Source: Pseudomonadota bacterium
GTDB taxonomy: Bacteria > Desulfobacterota > Desulfobacteria > Desulfobacterales > JBDRRP01
Reading direction: 5' to 3'
Length of the DNA: 64,000 nucleotides
Assembly: GCA_043825735.1 (NCBI GenBank)
Contig: JBDRRP010000090.1
Location: 1-64,000, forward strand
This document shows, piece after piece, positions 18,698-27,797 of this stretch. Every line of letters begins with the position of its first letter. Position 1 is the first letter of the stretch. Under the pieces are notes generated by a model, which did no database searches, was not told the DNA's origin, and worked only from the letters and a program-made list of their open reading frames with translations. The position numbers were made by a program, and so were the translations under genes.

Positions 18698-20467
18698 ATG
18701 AAACCATCACACGAGGATACCGGCGGAGACCGGTTTACGGCTGAATGGGTGCGCAGCATCTGGCAGTTGACCCGCGGCTACTGGGTGTCGAAGGAAAAGA
18801 CCGGCGCCTGGTTGCTCACAATCGTCATCGTCATGCTCAATCTGGGCACCGTCGCCCTGCAGGTGGTGCTCAACCGCTGGAACGCGACCTTCTACAACGC
18901 CCTCCAGAACTACGACGCTGCCGGATTTGCCGCGGCCATCTGGCAGTTCTGCCTTCTGGCGGGAATTTTTCTGGTGGTGGCCGGCGCCATGATTTACCTG
19001 CAGATGCTTTTAAAGATCCGGTGGCGCCGGTGGATGACGGCGCAGTACGTTGACCGGTGGCTCCAAAACCGGACTTACTACCGGCTCAGCCTGTTCGGAG
19101 AGCATTCCGACAACCCGGACCAGCGGATCAGCGAGGATATCAACATTTTCATCGACCGCAGTCTGGATCTTGCCTTGGGGCTTCTGGTGGCCGTCACCAC
19201 GTTGGTGAGCTTCCTTTACATCCTGTGGCAGCTCTCCGGCCAGCTGACGCTTCCGGTGGCCGGCGTACCCGTGGTGATCCCCGGTTACATGGTCTGGATG
19301 GCGATTCTCTACTCCGGGGCGGGCACCTGGCTGACCACGGTCATCGGGCGGCCGCTGATCCGCATCGAATTTCTCCAGCAGCGCTACGAGGCCGATTTCA
19401 GGTTTTCCCTCATGCGGCTGCGGGAGAACGCCGAGAGCATCGCCTTCTACAACGGCGAGGCCGACGAGCAGCGACATTTCATGGCGCGTTTTCGGAGGAT
19501 CGTCGGCAACTACCACCAGATGATGCGCTACGATATGCTCCTGGAATTCTTCCGGGCCGGCTACAATATTTCGGCGTCCGTATTTGCCATCATCGTGGCG
19601 GCCCCCCGGTTTTTCGCCCGTCAGATCCAGATCGGCGAACTCATGCAGGTGGCCAATGCCTACGGTCAGGTGCATGGGTCGCTGTCGTTTATCATCAACA
19701 GCTTCACGGTCATCGCCGAGTGGCGGGCCGTGGCGTTTCGGCTCAGTGATTTTATCGCCACCATGGATGCCGTGGATTCCCGCGTTGCGGCGGTAAGCCG
19801 GCTCTCGATCACGCCCGGAGACGGCGCCAGCCTTCGGCTTTCGGATATCCGTGTCCAACTGCCCGACGAGCGCATCCTTTTAGAGGCCCTGGATGTCGAT
19901 CTCGAAGCTGGAGACGCCCTGTTGATCACCGGGCCCTCTGGAGTGGGGAAAAGCACGCTGCTCAGAACACTCGCCGGGCTTTGGCCCTTCAGCGCCGGCC
20001 GGATCATCGGCCCCCGGCATGAAGACACCATGTTCGTGCCCCAAAAGCCCTACATGCCCATGCTACCGCTGAGGGACGTGCTGTGTTACCCGGACAAGGC
20101 CGATGCGGCGATTGCCGATAGTGCACTCACCGAGGTGCTGGCGGCCTGCCGATTGGGGCATCTGTCCGGGCGACTGGATGAGGTGTGCGACTGGGGCCGG
20201 GTGCTGTCCGGCGGCGAGCAGCAACGGGTCGCCTTTGCCCGCGTACTAATCCAGAAGCCGCGGTGGCTGTTTCTGGACGAGGCGACAGCGTCCCTGGATC
20301 CGGAAACCGAGGCCGTCCTGCTGAGTCTGCTGAGCGATAGACTCCCGGAAACCACGATCATCTCCGTGGGGCACCGGGCCGCGCTCATCCGCTATCATCG
20401 CCGGCACCTGCGGCTGGAGGGGCCCGGCGCCTGGCGCCTGGAGCCGTTGGCAGAGCTGGGAAGTTAA
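18698..20467 (+). CDS. Fused ABC transporter permease/ATPase, YddA/ABCD type
   Basis: DNPDQRI, EADFR..RENAESIAFY, GPSGVGKST, LSGGEQQR, FLDEATASLD. Confidence 0.9.
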   Translation: MKPSHEDTGGDRFTAEWVRSIWQLTRGYWVSKEKTGAWLLTIVIVMLNLGTVALQVVLNRWNATFYNALQNYDAAGFAAAIWQFCLLAGIFLVVAGAMIYLQMLLKIRWRRWMTAQYVDRWLQNRTYYRLSLFGEHSDNPDQRISEDINIFIDRSLDLALGLLVAVTTLVSFLYILWQLSGQLTLPVAGVPVVIPGYMVWMAILYSGAGTWLTTVIGRPLIRIEFLQQRYEADFRFSLMRLRENAESIAFYNGEADEQRHFMARFRRIVGNYHQMMRYDMLLEFFRAGYNISASVFAIIVAAPRFFARQIQIGELMQVANAYGQVHGSLSFIINSFTVIAEWRAVAFRLSDFIATMDAVDSRVAAVSRLSITPGDGASLRLSDIRVQLPDERILLEALDVDLEAGDALLITGPSGVGKSTLLRTLAGLWPFSAGRIIGPRHEDTMFVPQKPYMPMLPLRDVLCYPDKADAAIADSALTEVLAACRLGHLSGRLDEVCDWGRVLSGGEQQRVAFARVLIQKPRWLFLDEATASLDPETEAVLLSLLSDRLPETTIISVGHRAALIRYHRRHLRLEGPGAWRLEPLAELGS

Positions 20468-20698
20468 AACAGGAGAAAGCCTTGCCACCGGATATCGAAC
20501 AGTGGATCTCTTGGAATCGAATGGTTGCAGCCGCATGTTTTGAAAGCGGCTGTGGCGAATGCAAGCTCGAGTCTCACGACCGCTCGTCATTGTGTCGTTT
20601 GGTTTCACTTGGCCACTTGTCGCTGTTAAGCCGTATAGGCGCAACCCTCGGCCCCTCGAACCCTTTTCTCCAGATGAACCCAATGGGATCTAACGATT

Positions 20699-21136
20699 TT
20701 AAGATGGATCGGTTTCCGGGAGAAACGGCAGCGGTTTGCCGGTCCGATACGCCAGGGCCTGGCATGAGGCGATGGCCCGGCCCGCGTCATCGGTGACGGT
20801 GATCCGGTAGGACCCGGTCCGGCGGGAGCGGTGCTCTTCGGTGGCCTCGGCCCTCAGCGTCGTTCCCTTGTCCGGTGGGCTGTAATAGGTAACGGACACA
20901 TTGAGTGCCACCGCAACGGTGCCGTGGCTATTGCACGCGATTTGAAAGGCTTCGTCCATGAGGCTGAAGATCGCTCCGCCGTGGGTCATCCCAAAGAGGT
21001 TGTCCACCGCAGTGGTGCAGGGCATTTCGACAACGGCGCGACCGGCTTCCAGGGCGGTGACGGTCAGGTTCATTTTTTCGGCAAACGGTTCTGTCGCCAC
21101 CTGGGCCAAAATAGCATCTCTAATGGTGTCGTCCAT
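20699..21136 (-). CDS. PaaI-family hotdog thioesterase
   Basis: NLFGMTHGGAIFSLMDEAF..ACNSHG. Confidence 0.88.
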   Translation of the reverse strand: MDDTIRDAILAQVATEPFAEKMNLTVTALEAGRAVVEMPCTTAVDNLFGMTHGGAIFSLMDEAFQIACNSHGTVAVALNVSVTYYSPPDKGTTLRAEATEEHRSRRTGSYRITVTDDAGRAIASCQALAYRTGKPLPFLPETDPS

Positions 21137-21331
21137 GGTTTCGTACTCCGTCGATGTGATTGCCTGAAAATACGTCGTTGAGTGGATCACGCATGCCACC
21201 ATAGCCCCGGCACCGGCACCGGGCAAGAAATTTGGTTGAAGTGCGCTGCCGCATCCGCCATAATAGCGCCACAATTGCCGGCCGGTGCTGTTTTTAGACC
21301 GCTGACGTCCACCTGTAAAGAAGGACTCTGA

Positions 21332-22231
21332 ATGCGTATGAACAATAAAGGCATGTCAACCGTTGCCGGGCTGCTGGTTGTCGTTGTCGTGATGCTGGCC
21401 ATCGTGGGATTCGGCGCGCTGGCGGCACGGTTTTTTTTCAAGCCGGAGGCGCCTCAGCAACCCCTGGAGACCAACGGCGGCACATTCAAGGTGGACACCG
21501 CCAAGCTGATCGCCGATCTTGAAAAAATGGTGCAGGGCATTCCTGCGGATCAGGCGGCGGCCAATGCACGCGGTTACGAGCAACTCCTGGCACTTGACCC
21601 AGGCAATGAACGCTACCGGCGCAAGCTCGCCTACTACCGCGCCCAATTGAAGGCCACCGCCGCAGCCGCACCGGCGGCGGCCGAACCCCCCAAGGTCGTC
21701 GAAAAACCATTCGTCAAGATTGCCTTTCCGGCCCCCCGGGTGCTCGAGCGCCCCGATGCCGGCGAGATGGTAGGCCGGGCCCCGTCCGGCGAGATGGTGG
21801 AAGTGCTGGAAACACAGGTGATCCGAAAGGGCAGCACGTACATTTCCTGGTACCGGATACCATTTAAAAAAAGCAGCGGGTGGATCAGCCAGATGGGCGT
21901 TTTCGGAGGCGTGGTCATCAAAACGGTGCCGATCGAAAGCGCCGCGGGGCGCGATTCCAAATGGGAAGACACGCAGCAGGGGTTGATCGACGCCTATAGC
22001 GGGAAAATCACCGCGGTGGAGAAAATCTCGCCGGAAGAATGCCAGGTGCAGATATCCTCTGATTTGACTTTTGAACAGGCCCGCCAGGTCAGTGAGAATA
22101 TCGGTTACTATATTCGCAACAGCACCGGCGCAAGTCCTGTGGTTACGGTTTTTGTCGGTGATCTGCAGATTGCCGTGGCGCGGCTGGCCACTAATAAATA
22201 CAGTGGCCAGCTGGAAGTGAAAAACCGATGA
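21332..22231 (+). CDS. Membrane-anchored hypothetical protein with SH3-like segment
   Basis: N-terminal TM helix; VEVLE..WYRI....GWIS pattern. Confidence 0.65.
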   Translation: MRMNNKGMSTVAGLLVVVVVMLAIVGFGALAARFFFKPEAPQQPLETNGGTFKVDTAKLIADLEKMVQGIPADQAAANARGYEQLLALDPGNERYRRKLAYYRAQLKATAAAAPAAAEPPKVVEKPFVKIAFPAPRVLERPDAGEMVGRAPSGEMVEVLETQVIRKGSTYISWYRIPFKKSSGWISQMGVFGGVVIKTVPIESAAGRDSKWEDTQQGLIDAYSGKITAVEKISPEECQVQISSDLTFEQARQVSENIGYYIRNSTGASPVVTVFVGDLQIAVARLATNKYSGQLEVKNR

Positions 22232-22276
22232 TGGCACAAACCGCGCGCTCCGCCGGCGCGGCCGCAGGAGACGCGC

Positions 22277-22822
22277 ATGCCTGAAAACGATTTTCTAAAA
22301 CGGCAGAAAACCGCCGCGACTCGGGAGTTCCGTCTTCAGGCCGGCCATGACCCGGAAGCGGTGAGATGGCAGGAAGCTTTGGAGTTGATGCTCATCCGGG
22401 TGGGCGATCGCCTCGTTTCCGGTCGACTGGAGAGCTTTGACGGCCTTGGCGGTGACGAAGCCAAGGTGCTTAAGGCCTTGGCGAAGAAGGTCATTGTCCC
22501 TGACGGCGTGTGCATCATCTATATCCCCCCCAGTATCATCGAGGCCATGGTGGCTGACGGGCGCTTGCCGCAGCCCGCCGGGGCGGCCGCCGGCGGTTCG
22601 TCGGACGCGGGAAAGGACATCGGGATTTTGATCGGGGCCCGCTGTGAGGATTTTGACACCATCCTCTATGCGCAGTTCGGCCTGCCGCCCCACAGCCCCG
22701 GCACGGAAATTTATCGGGACGGCGAGGCCTTGGCCGTGTATCAATACACCAGTATCGAACATTGCATTTCAGAGCTCAATGACATCATCGAAACCTATCT
22801 GGGGCCGGCCGCCGTTTCTTGA
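22277..22822 (+). CDS. Hypothetical protein
   Basis: 181-aa ORF with AGGAG RBS, co-oriented with neighbours. Confidence 0.6.
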   Translation: MPENDFLKRQKTAATREFRLQAGHDPEAVRWQEALELMLIRVGDRLVSGRLESFDGLGGDEAKVLKALAKKVIVPDGVCIIYIPPSIIEAMVADGRLPQPAGAAAGGSSDAGKDIGILIGARCEDFDTILYAQFGLPPHSPGTEIYRDGEALAVYQYTSIEHCISELNDIIETYLGPAAVS

Positions 22823-22876
22823 CGGGCGATGGCGCGCCGCCTTGCGTGATGACCGGCTGCGGCCAGGGAGAGAGTT

Positions 22877-24841
22877 TTGGGGATACTGAAAAAACGCAAA
22901 CCGCCGGAGACGGTGCCGGCAGCCGATGACGCCGGAGACCGCCGCCGGAATATCCAGCGCATTTTACGGCGCAACCGGCGGATCTTTGCCAATTATCAAG
23001 CCTTCAGGCAATCCCTGTTCGCCGAACTGGCACCGGAAGACAGCGAGGCCGTTCTCTACCTGCTCCCGTGGCTGCTCAGTATCAACGAGCCCCAGTGCCC
23101 GGGCTTTATTGCCCAGATCAAGCATCCCTTTCGCGTCTACGGCATCGATTATGAAAAGGGCATCCAGGACCGCGAGCCGCAGTTCAAACGCCGGTTCGGC
23201 GTCACCCGCAAAGGCACGCTGTTGCGGGAGGCGGCGGACTACCGCACCATTCTGGGGCTTTACACCATCGGCAGTGTGGGCAGCGTTTCCCAGACCAGCG
23301 GATCCGACTGCGATATCTGGGTGTGTATCGACAAGGAGTCCTTCGATCGGGCGTCGTGGCAGCAGCTCAACATGAAGATCAACCTGATCCGGGATTGGTT
23401 CGACATGAACATCCGGATGCCGGCCTATTTTTTTCTCTCGGATATCAGCGCCATTCAGAGTTGCCAATTCGGCAGTGTCGACTCGGAGAGCTCGGGCAGC
23501 ACCCAGCAGAATGTGCTCAAGGAGGAGTTCTACCGGTCCTTCATGGTCATCTGCGGAAAGATACCCTTGTGGTGGCTATGCTGGGACCCCCGGGAGAACA
23601 TCGACTACCCGGAAGCGGTCGCCGCCGTTGCCGACGAGGCGTTCGGGGAATACGACCTGGTGGATCTGGGAGATATCTCCCGCATCAAAAAGCGCGAGTA
23701 TTTCGGTGCGGCCCTGTGGCAGCTCAACAAGTCGCTTTCCCGCCCGCTGAAGTCCATTTTGAAAATGAGCCTTCTGAAAATGCTGCTGGATGCCCCGCCG
23801 GCGCGCTTGATGTGCCACCAGTTCCGGGACCAGGTGCTGTCCACACCGGTGGGAGAACCGTTTCCGGACTACAGCGTCTTCACCATGGAGGCCGTGGCCG
23901 AGGACTACCGCAACCACCGGGCCGATCAGCTCACCTTTCTCATCGAGAGCCTATATATCCGCTGCGAAGTCAACCCCTACAACACCAAGCAGCCCATGAA
24001 AAACCGCCTGGCCTCAGGGTTTTTCAAGCCATACGGGTTTTCCAAGGAGGCGCTGGCCCGCCTCCGGCGCGCGGCGTCCTGGCCGCTCAAGCAGCAGATC
24101 CAGTTTGGCGACGATCTTTTCTCGCTGCTGCTCGGTATCTACCGGGAAACCGCCTCTCAGCACGCGGGCGTTGTCGGTGAGAGCGACCATCGGGATATGA
24201 CGATCCTGGGGCGAAAGATTTCCGCATATTACCTGAAGAAGAAGTACAAGCTGCCGGTGCTGCAGCGGCCCACCGGGGTTCTCAACATCCCCGGCGTCAC
24301 GTTCAGCCTCAACGAAGGCACTTGGCAGGTGCTTGCCGGCAACGATTCGGCCAATCCCATCTGCACCAGTACCGACATCGTGTACACCATCGCCTTTACC
24401 GTATGGAACAATCTTTTTTCCATGAGTCAGGTGCGGATGCGCCCCAACCCGTCCAGCATGACCCTTCAGGAGATCATGAACCTGGGTGGGCGCATCAAAC
24501 AGTGTTTCGGCAGTTTTGAAACCGCCGATATCGATTACGGCAACTACTTGAGAGACGAACAGATCGTGAGGCTTTTAGTGGTCGTCGGGCTGGAAAAGTC
24601 GCCCTGGCAAAAGGACAAGCTCGATTTTGGCGTGGTCTATTTGAACGGCTGGGGGGAACTCTTCGCCCGGGGCTTTGCCACGGCGCGCGCCTACGACAAG
24701 TTTCTGCTGGCCCTCAGGGCCAACAACCCGCACCTGGAACCGTCATTTTACGTCCGTCGCAACGCAACGTCCTACGAGCAGATCATCGAACGGACCAAGT
24801 TGATATTACGCTCCAATCTGGGCGGCGTTGCGGCGCTTTGA
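22877..24841 (+). CDS. cyaA: Class I adenylate cyclase
   Basis: GLYTIGSVGSVSQTSGSDCDIWVC; EEFYRS..GKIPLWW; EYFGAALWQL.KS...PLKSILK. Confidence 0.85.
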   Translation: MGILKKRKPPETVPAADDAGDRRRNIQRILRRNRRIFANYQAFRQSLFAELAPEDSEAVLYLLPWLLSINEPQCPGFIAQIKHPFRVYGIDYEKGIQDREPQFKRRFGVTRKGTLLREAADYRTILGLYTIGSVGSVSQTSGSDCDIWVCIDKESFDRASWQQLNMKINLIRDWFDMNIRMPAYFFLSDISAIQSCQFGSVDSESSGSTQQNVLKEEFYRSFMVICGKIPLWWLCWDPRENIDYPEAVAAVADEAFGEYDLVDLGDISRIKKREYFGAALWQLNKSLSRPLKSILKMSLLKMLLDAPPARLMCHQFRDQVLSTPVGEPFPDYSVFTMEAVAEDYRNHRADQLTFLIESLYIRCEVNPYNTKQPMKNRLASGFFKPYGFSKEALARLRRAASWPLKQQIQFGDDLFSLLLGIYRETASQHAGVVGESDHRDMTILGRKISAYYLKKKYKLPVLQRPTGVLNIPGVTFSLNEGTWQVLAGNDSANPICTSTDIVYTIAFTVWNNLFSMSQVRMRPNPSSMTLQEIMNLGGRIKQCFGSFETADIDYGNYLRDEQIVRLLVVVGLEKSPWQKDKLDFGVVYLNGWGELFARGFATARAYDKFLLALRANNPHLEPSFYVRRNATSYEQIIERTKLILRSNLGGVAAL

Positions 24842-24884
24842 GCACCGCGAGGCTGCTTGTCCGCAAAAAAAAGAGGTAAATCGC

Positions 24885-25466
24885 ATGCACAATAGACTCC
24901 TGGTATTTTCCCGTGGAATCAAGCATAGCAGGTTCAACAGCCGGCTCCTGGCGGCCGTTTTGCCGCTGCTGGCGGTTGTGCTCGTGGTTCTGGGGCCCAC
25001 TGGCCTTTCCGGGGCGGCGGAAGATGACCCTCTGGCCCAGGCGCGTGAATATATTGCCGACGAAAAATACACCGAGGCTTCCGATCTGCTTCGAACCGTT
25101 ACCCGCAAAGACGACGCGCCCCTGGAGGCTTGGCTGCTGCTGGGCATCGCCTACGAGGGGCAGGGCCTGTCCTCGCGCGCCATTACGGCCTATGAGGAAG
25201 TGATGAGCAGGGACAAAACCCATCTCGACGGCGGGTTAGGGCTCGGGCGCAATCTCATGCAAAATCGCAGCAAGCGGCAGCAGGCGATGAGTCTCTACAA
25301 ATCGCTCTTGAAGGTGTACCCCGACGAACCACGGCTCCACTTTGCCCTGGGAATGGCCTACAACGAGATGGCCGAAGTCAGCTATGCATTCGAGCAGTAC
25401 AAGATGATCAAGGACACCGCCCCCGAGCTGGCCCAGCAACTCTACGACGCGATTTTTCTGCGATAG
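24885..25466 (+). CDS. Exported tetratricopeptide repeat protein
   Basis: Signal/TM segment; AWLLLGIAY and LHFALGMAY TPR helices. Confidence 0.8.
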   Translation: MHNRLLVFSRGIKHSRFNSRLLAAVLPLLAVVLVVLGPTGLSGAAEDDPLAQAREYIADEKYTEASDLLRTVTRKDDAPLEAWLLLGIAYEGQGLSSRAITAYEEVMSRDKTHLDGGLGLGRNLMQNRSKRQQAMSLYKSLLKVYPDEPRLHFALGMAYNEMAEVSYAFEQYKMIKDTAPELAQQLYDAIFLR

Positions 25467-25542
25467 CCCGCCGATTTTCAACATCCGCTATTCGGGCTGC
25501 GGCCGGCTTGACAGCCCTGCCGCCGGCATGCATCTTTACCCC

Positions 25543-26508
25543 ATGCATACCCGCAACATCGACAATTGGAAATGCGATCTGGCTCCGGAGGATGCGGACC
25601 GCCGCGCCGAGCGCCAGACCCGGCGGGTCATCGCGCTGACCCTGAGCATGATGGTGGTGGAGGTGGGCGCCGGGTGGATATACGGATCCATGGCGCTGCT
25701 GGCCGACGGATGGCACATGGGCACCCACGCGGCGGCGCTTGGGATCGCCGCCTTTGCCTACTGGTATGCCGATCGGAACCGCAGAAACCCGAATTTCACC
25801 TTCGGCACCGGCAAGGTGGGCGTGCTCGGCGGCTACACCAGTGCCGTGGTGCTTATCATCGTGGCGGTCATCATGATCGGGGAATCGATCGACCGGTTGA
25901 TGTCTCCGGTGTCCATCCACTTCAACGAAGCCATTGCCGTGGCGGTCGTGGGCCTTGTCGTCAATATCGTCAGCGCGGTGATGCTTCAGGGGCCGACAGG
26001 CCACGACCACGACCATTCCCATCACCACGACCACAACCTGAGAGCGGCCTATCTTCACGTCCTGGCCGATGCGCTGACAAGCGTGTTCGCCATCGTGGCG
26101 CTGACCGCCGGAAAGTTCCTGGGCTGGGTCTGGATGGATCCGGTGATGGGGGGCGTGGGCGCTCTGGTCATCATTAACTGGGGGCGCGGACTGCTCAAAG
26201 ACACCAGCTGCATCCTTCTGGACCGCCGGATGGATGCCGATACCGTGAGCGCGATTCGGGCGGCCATCGAGGCCGATGCCGACAACCGGGTGGCCGATAT
26301 CCACCTGTGGCACATCGGCGCCTACCGACAGATCGCCATGGTTTCCATCGTCACTCACTACCCCCGCTCACCCGGCCACTACAAAGCCCTTCTGGCCGGA
26401 TTCGGCAGCCTCGCCCATATCTCCATCGAAGTGCACCGCTGCGACGGGCCCCAGTGCATTCCCCTGGCCCGCCCGCTGACCGACGGCGGGCAAGCAGATG
26501 ACAGATGA
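25543..26508 (+). CDS. dmeF: CDF-family Co(II)/Ni(II) efflux transporter
   Basis: SMALLADGWHMGTH, FTFGTGKV, His-rich loop, DHNLRAAYLHVLADALTS. Confidence 0.88.
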   Translation: MHTRNIDNWKCDLAPEDADRRAERQTRRVIALTLSMMVVEVGAGWIYGSMALLADGWHMGTHAAALGIAAFAYWYADRNRRNPNFTFGTGKVGVLGGYTSAVVLIIVAVIMIGESIDRLMSPVSIHFNEAIAVAVVGLVVNIVSAVMLQGPTGHDHDHSHHHDHNLRAAYLHVLADALTSVFAIVALTAGKFLGWVWMDPVMGGVGALVIINWGRGLLKDTSCILLDRRMDADTVSAIRAAIEADADNRVADIHLWHIGAYRQIAMVSIVTHYPRSPGHYKALLAGFGSLAHISIEVHRCDGPQCIPLARPLTDGGQADDR

Positions 26509-26620
26509 CCCGCCTTCGCTGACAAGTCAGGCTACGGCGGGCAAGCAGATGACGGAAAAATTAGGTGAGGGTTTCAGACCAAAGGGGCCAATAGGACCCA
26601 AGGGACCAAAAGAACATAGT

Positions 26621-26809
26621 AATCCCAACGATCCCAACAATCCCAACGATCCCAACGATCCCAACGATCCCAACGATCCCAACGATCCAAACGATCCCAA
26701 CGATCCAAACGATCCAAACGATCCAAACGATCCCAACGATCCAAACGATCCAAACGATCCAAACGATCCAAACGATCCCAACGATCCAAACGATCCAAAC
26801 GATCCAAAC
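26621..26809 (+). repeat. Tandem 9-bp repeat RATCCMAAC, 21 copies
   Basis: 189 bp of GATCCCAAC/GATCCAAAC/AATCCCAAC units. Confidence 0.95.
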
Positions 26810-26911
26810 GCTTCCGCGAGAACCGGTAATTCCCCTTGCCGTTTGGGCACATGTCGTCTACAAAGTGACGCTTCCGATTTACACTCACACTGAAGCCGAT
26901 ATGAGCCTGTC

Positions 26912-27679
26912 ATGAGCCTGCTGATGTTGCTGGGACTTTTCGCCACCGGTCTGGTGGCCGGGTTTGTCGACGCCATTGCCGGCGGCGGCGGCCTCATTGC
27001 GCTGCCGGTGCTTCTTTCCATCGGCCTGCCGCCCCAGGTGGCGCTGGGTACCAACAAGTTTCAGTCCAGTTTCGGTTCGTTTACCGCATCCATTCAGTAT
27101 ATCCGCAGCGGTCAGGTCCGCCTCGGCGACACCCTGACCGGCATCGTCTGGACCGCCGCCGGCGCCATGAGCGGTGCACTGATCGTGCAGATGATCTCCG
27201 CGGGTTTCATTCGGCATCTCATTCCGATTCTGCTGCTGGCGGTATTCGTTTACGCGCTCGTGGTCAGGGATTTCGGCGGCACCGACGCCCGGCCTCGGAT
27301 GTCCTCGCGGGTGTTTTACGCCCTTTTCGGGCTGATGCTCGGTTTTTACGACGGTTTTTTCGGGCCGGGGACCGGATCGTTCTGGACGGCGGCGTTCGTG
27401 CTGCTTTTGGGTTTTAACATGACCAAAGCAGCGGGCCACACCCGGGTCATGAATTTTACGAGCAATTTCGTGGCGCTGGTGATGTTCGTCCTGGGCGGGC
27501 AAGTGGTCTACACCATCGGCCTGTGCATGGCGCTGGGCCAGGCCATCGGCGCCCGGCTGGGCGCCCGAATGGCCATCCGGCGCGGTGCCGGGTTTATTCG
27601 CCCGGTGTTTCTCACCATGGTGTTTCTGACCATTCTCCGGCTCATCTACGTCAACTACGGCCCCTTGCTGTGGCACTGA
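26912..27679 (+). CDS. TSUP (TauE/SafE) family transporter
   Basis: AGFVDAIAGGGGLI, ALGTNK, GFYDGFFGPGTGSF. Confidence 0.9.
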   Translation: MSLLMLLGLFATGLVAGFVDAIAGGGGLIALPVLLSIGLPPQVALGTNKFQSSFGSFTASIQYIRSGQVRLGDTLTGIVWTAAGAMSGALIVQMISAGFIRHLIPILLLAVFVYALVVRDFGGTDARPRMSSRVFYALFGLMLGFYDGFFGPGTGSFWTAAFVLLLGFNMTKAAGHTRVMNFTSNFVALVMFVLGGQVVYTIGLCMALGQAIGARLGARMAIRRGAGFIRPVFLTMVFLTILRLIYVNYGPLLWH

Positions 27680-27797
27680 CGCCGGCCTTTACACGGTAGG
27701 GTGATTTTGGCATACTCCCCGAACGCGGCCCGCTCGCCCGGGGCTCCCGCCAAAACCGCCAAACACCGGGAAACAGATCAATGCCGAGCATCCGGAC

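Noticed and set aside
18698..20467. ABCD-type transporter as a fatty acyl-CoA importer for the neighbouring cluster
   Set aside because: Bacterial members such as YddA, BclA and Rv1819c are linked to peptides or cobalamin; adjacency alone is insufficient
26498..26893. (DPN)n repeat protein and its antisense ORFs
   Set aside because: The ORF is composed of DNA repeats seen elsewhere as non-coding; no independent coding evidence
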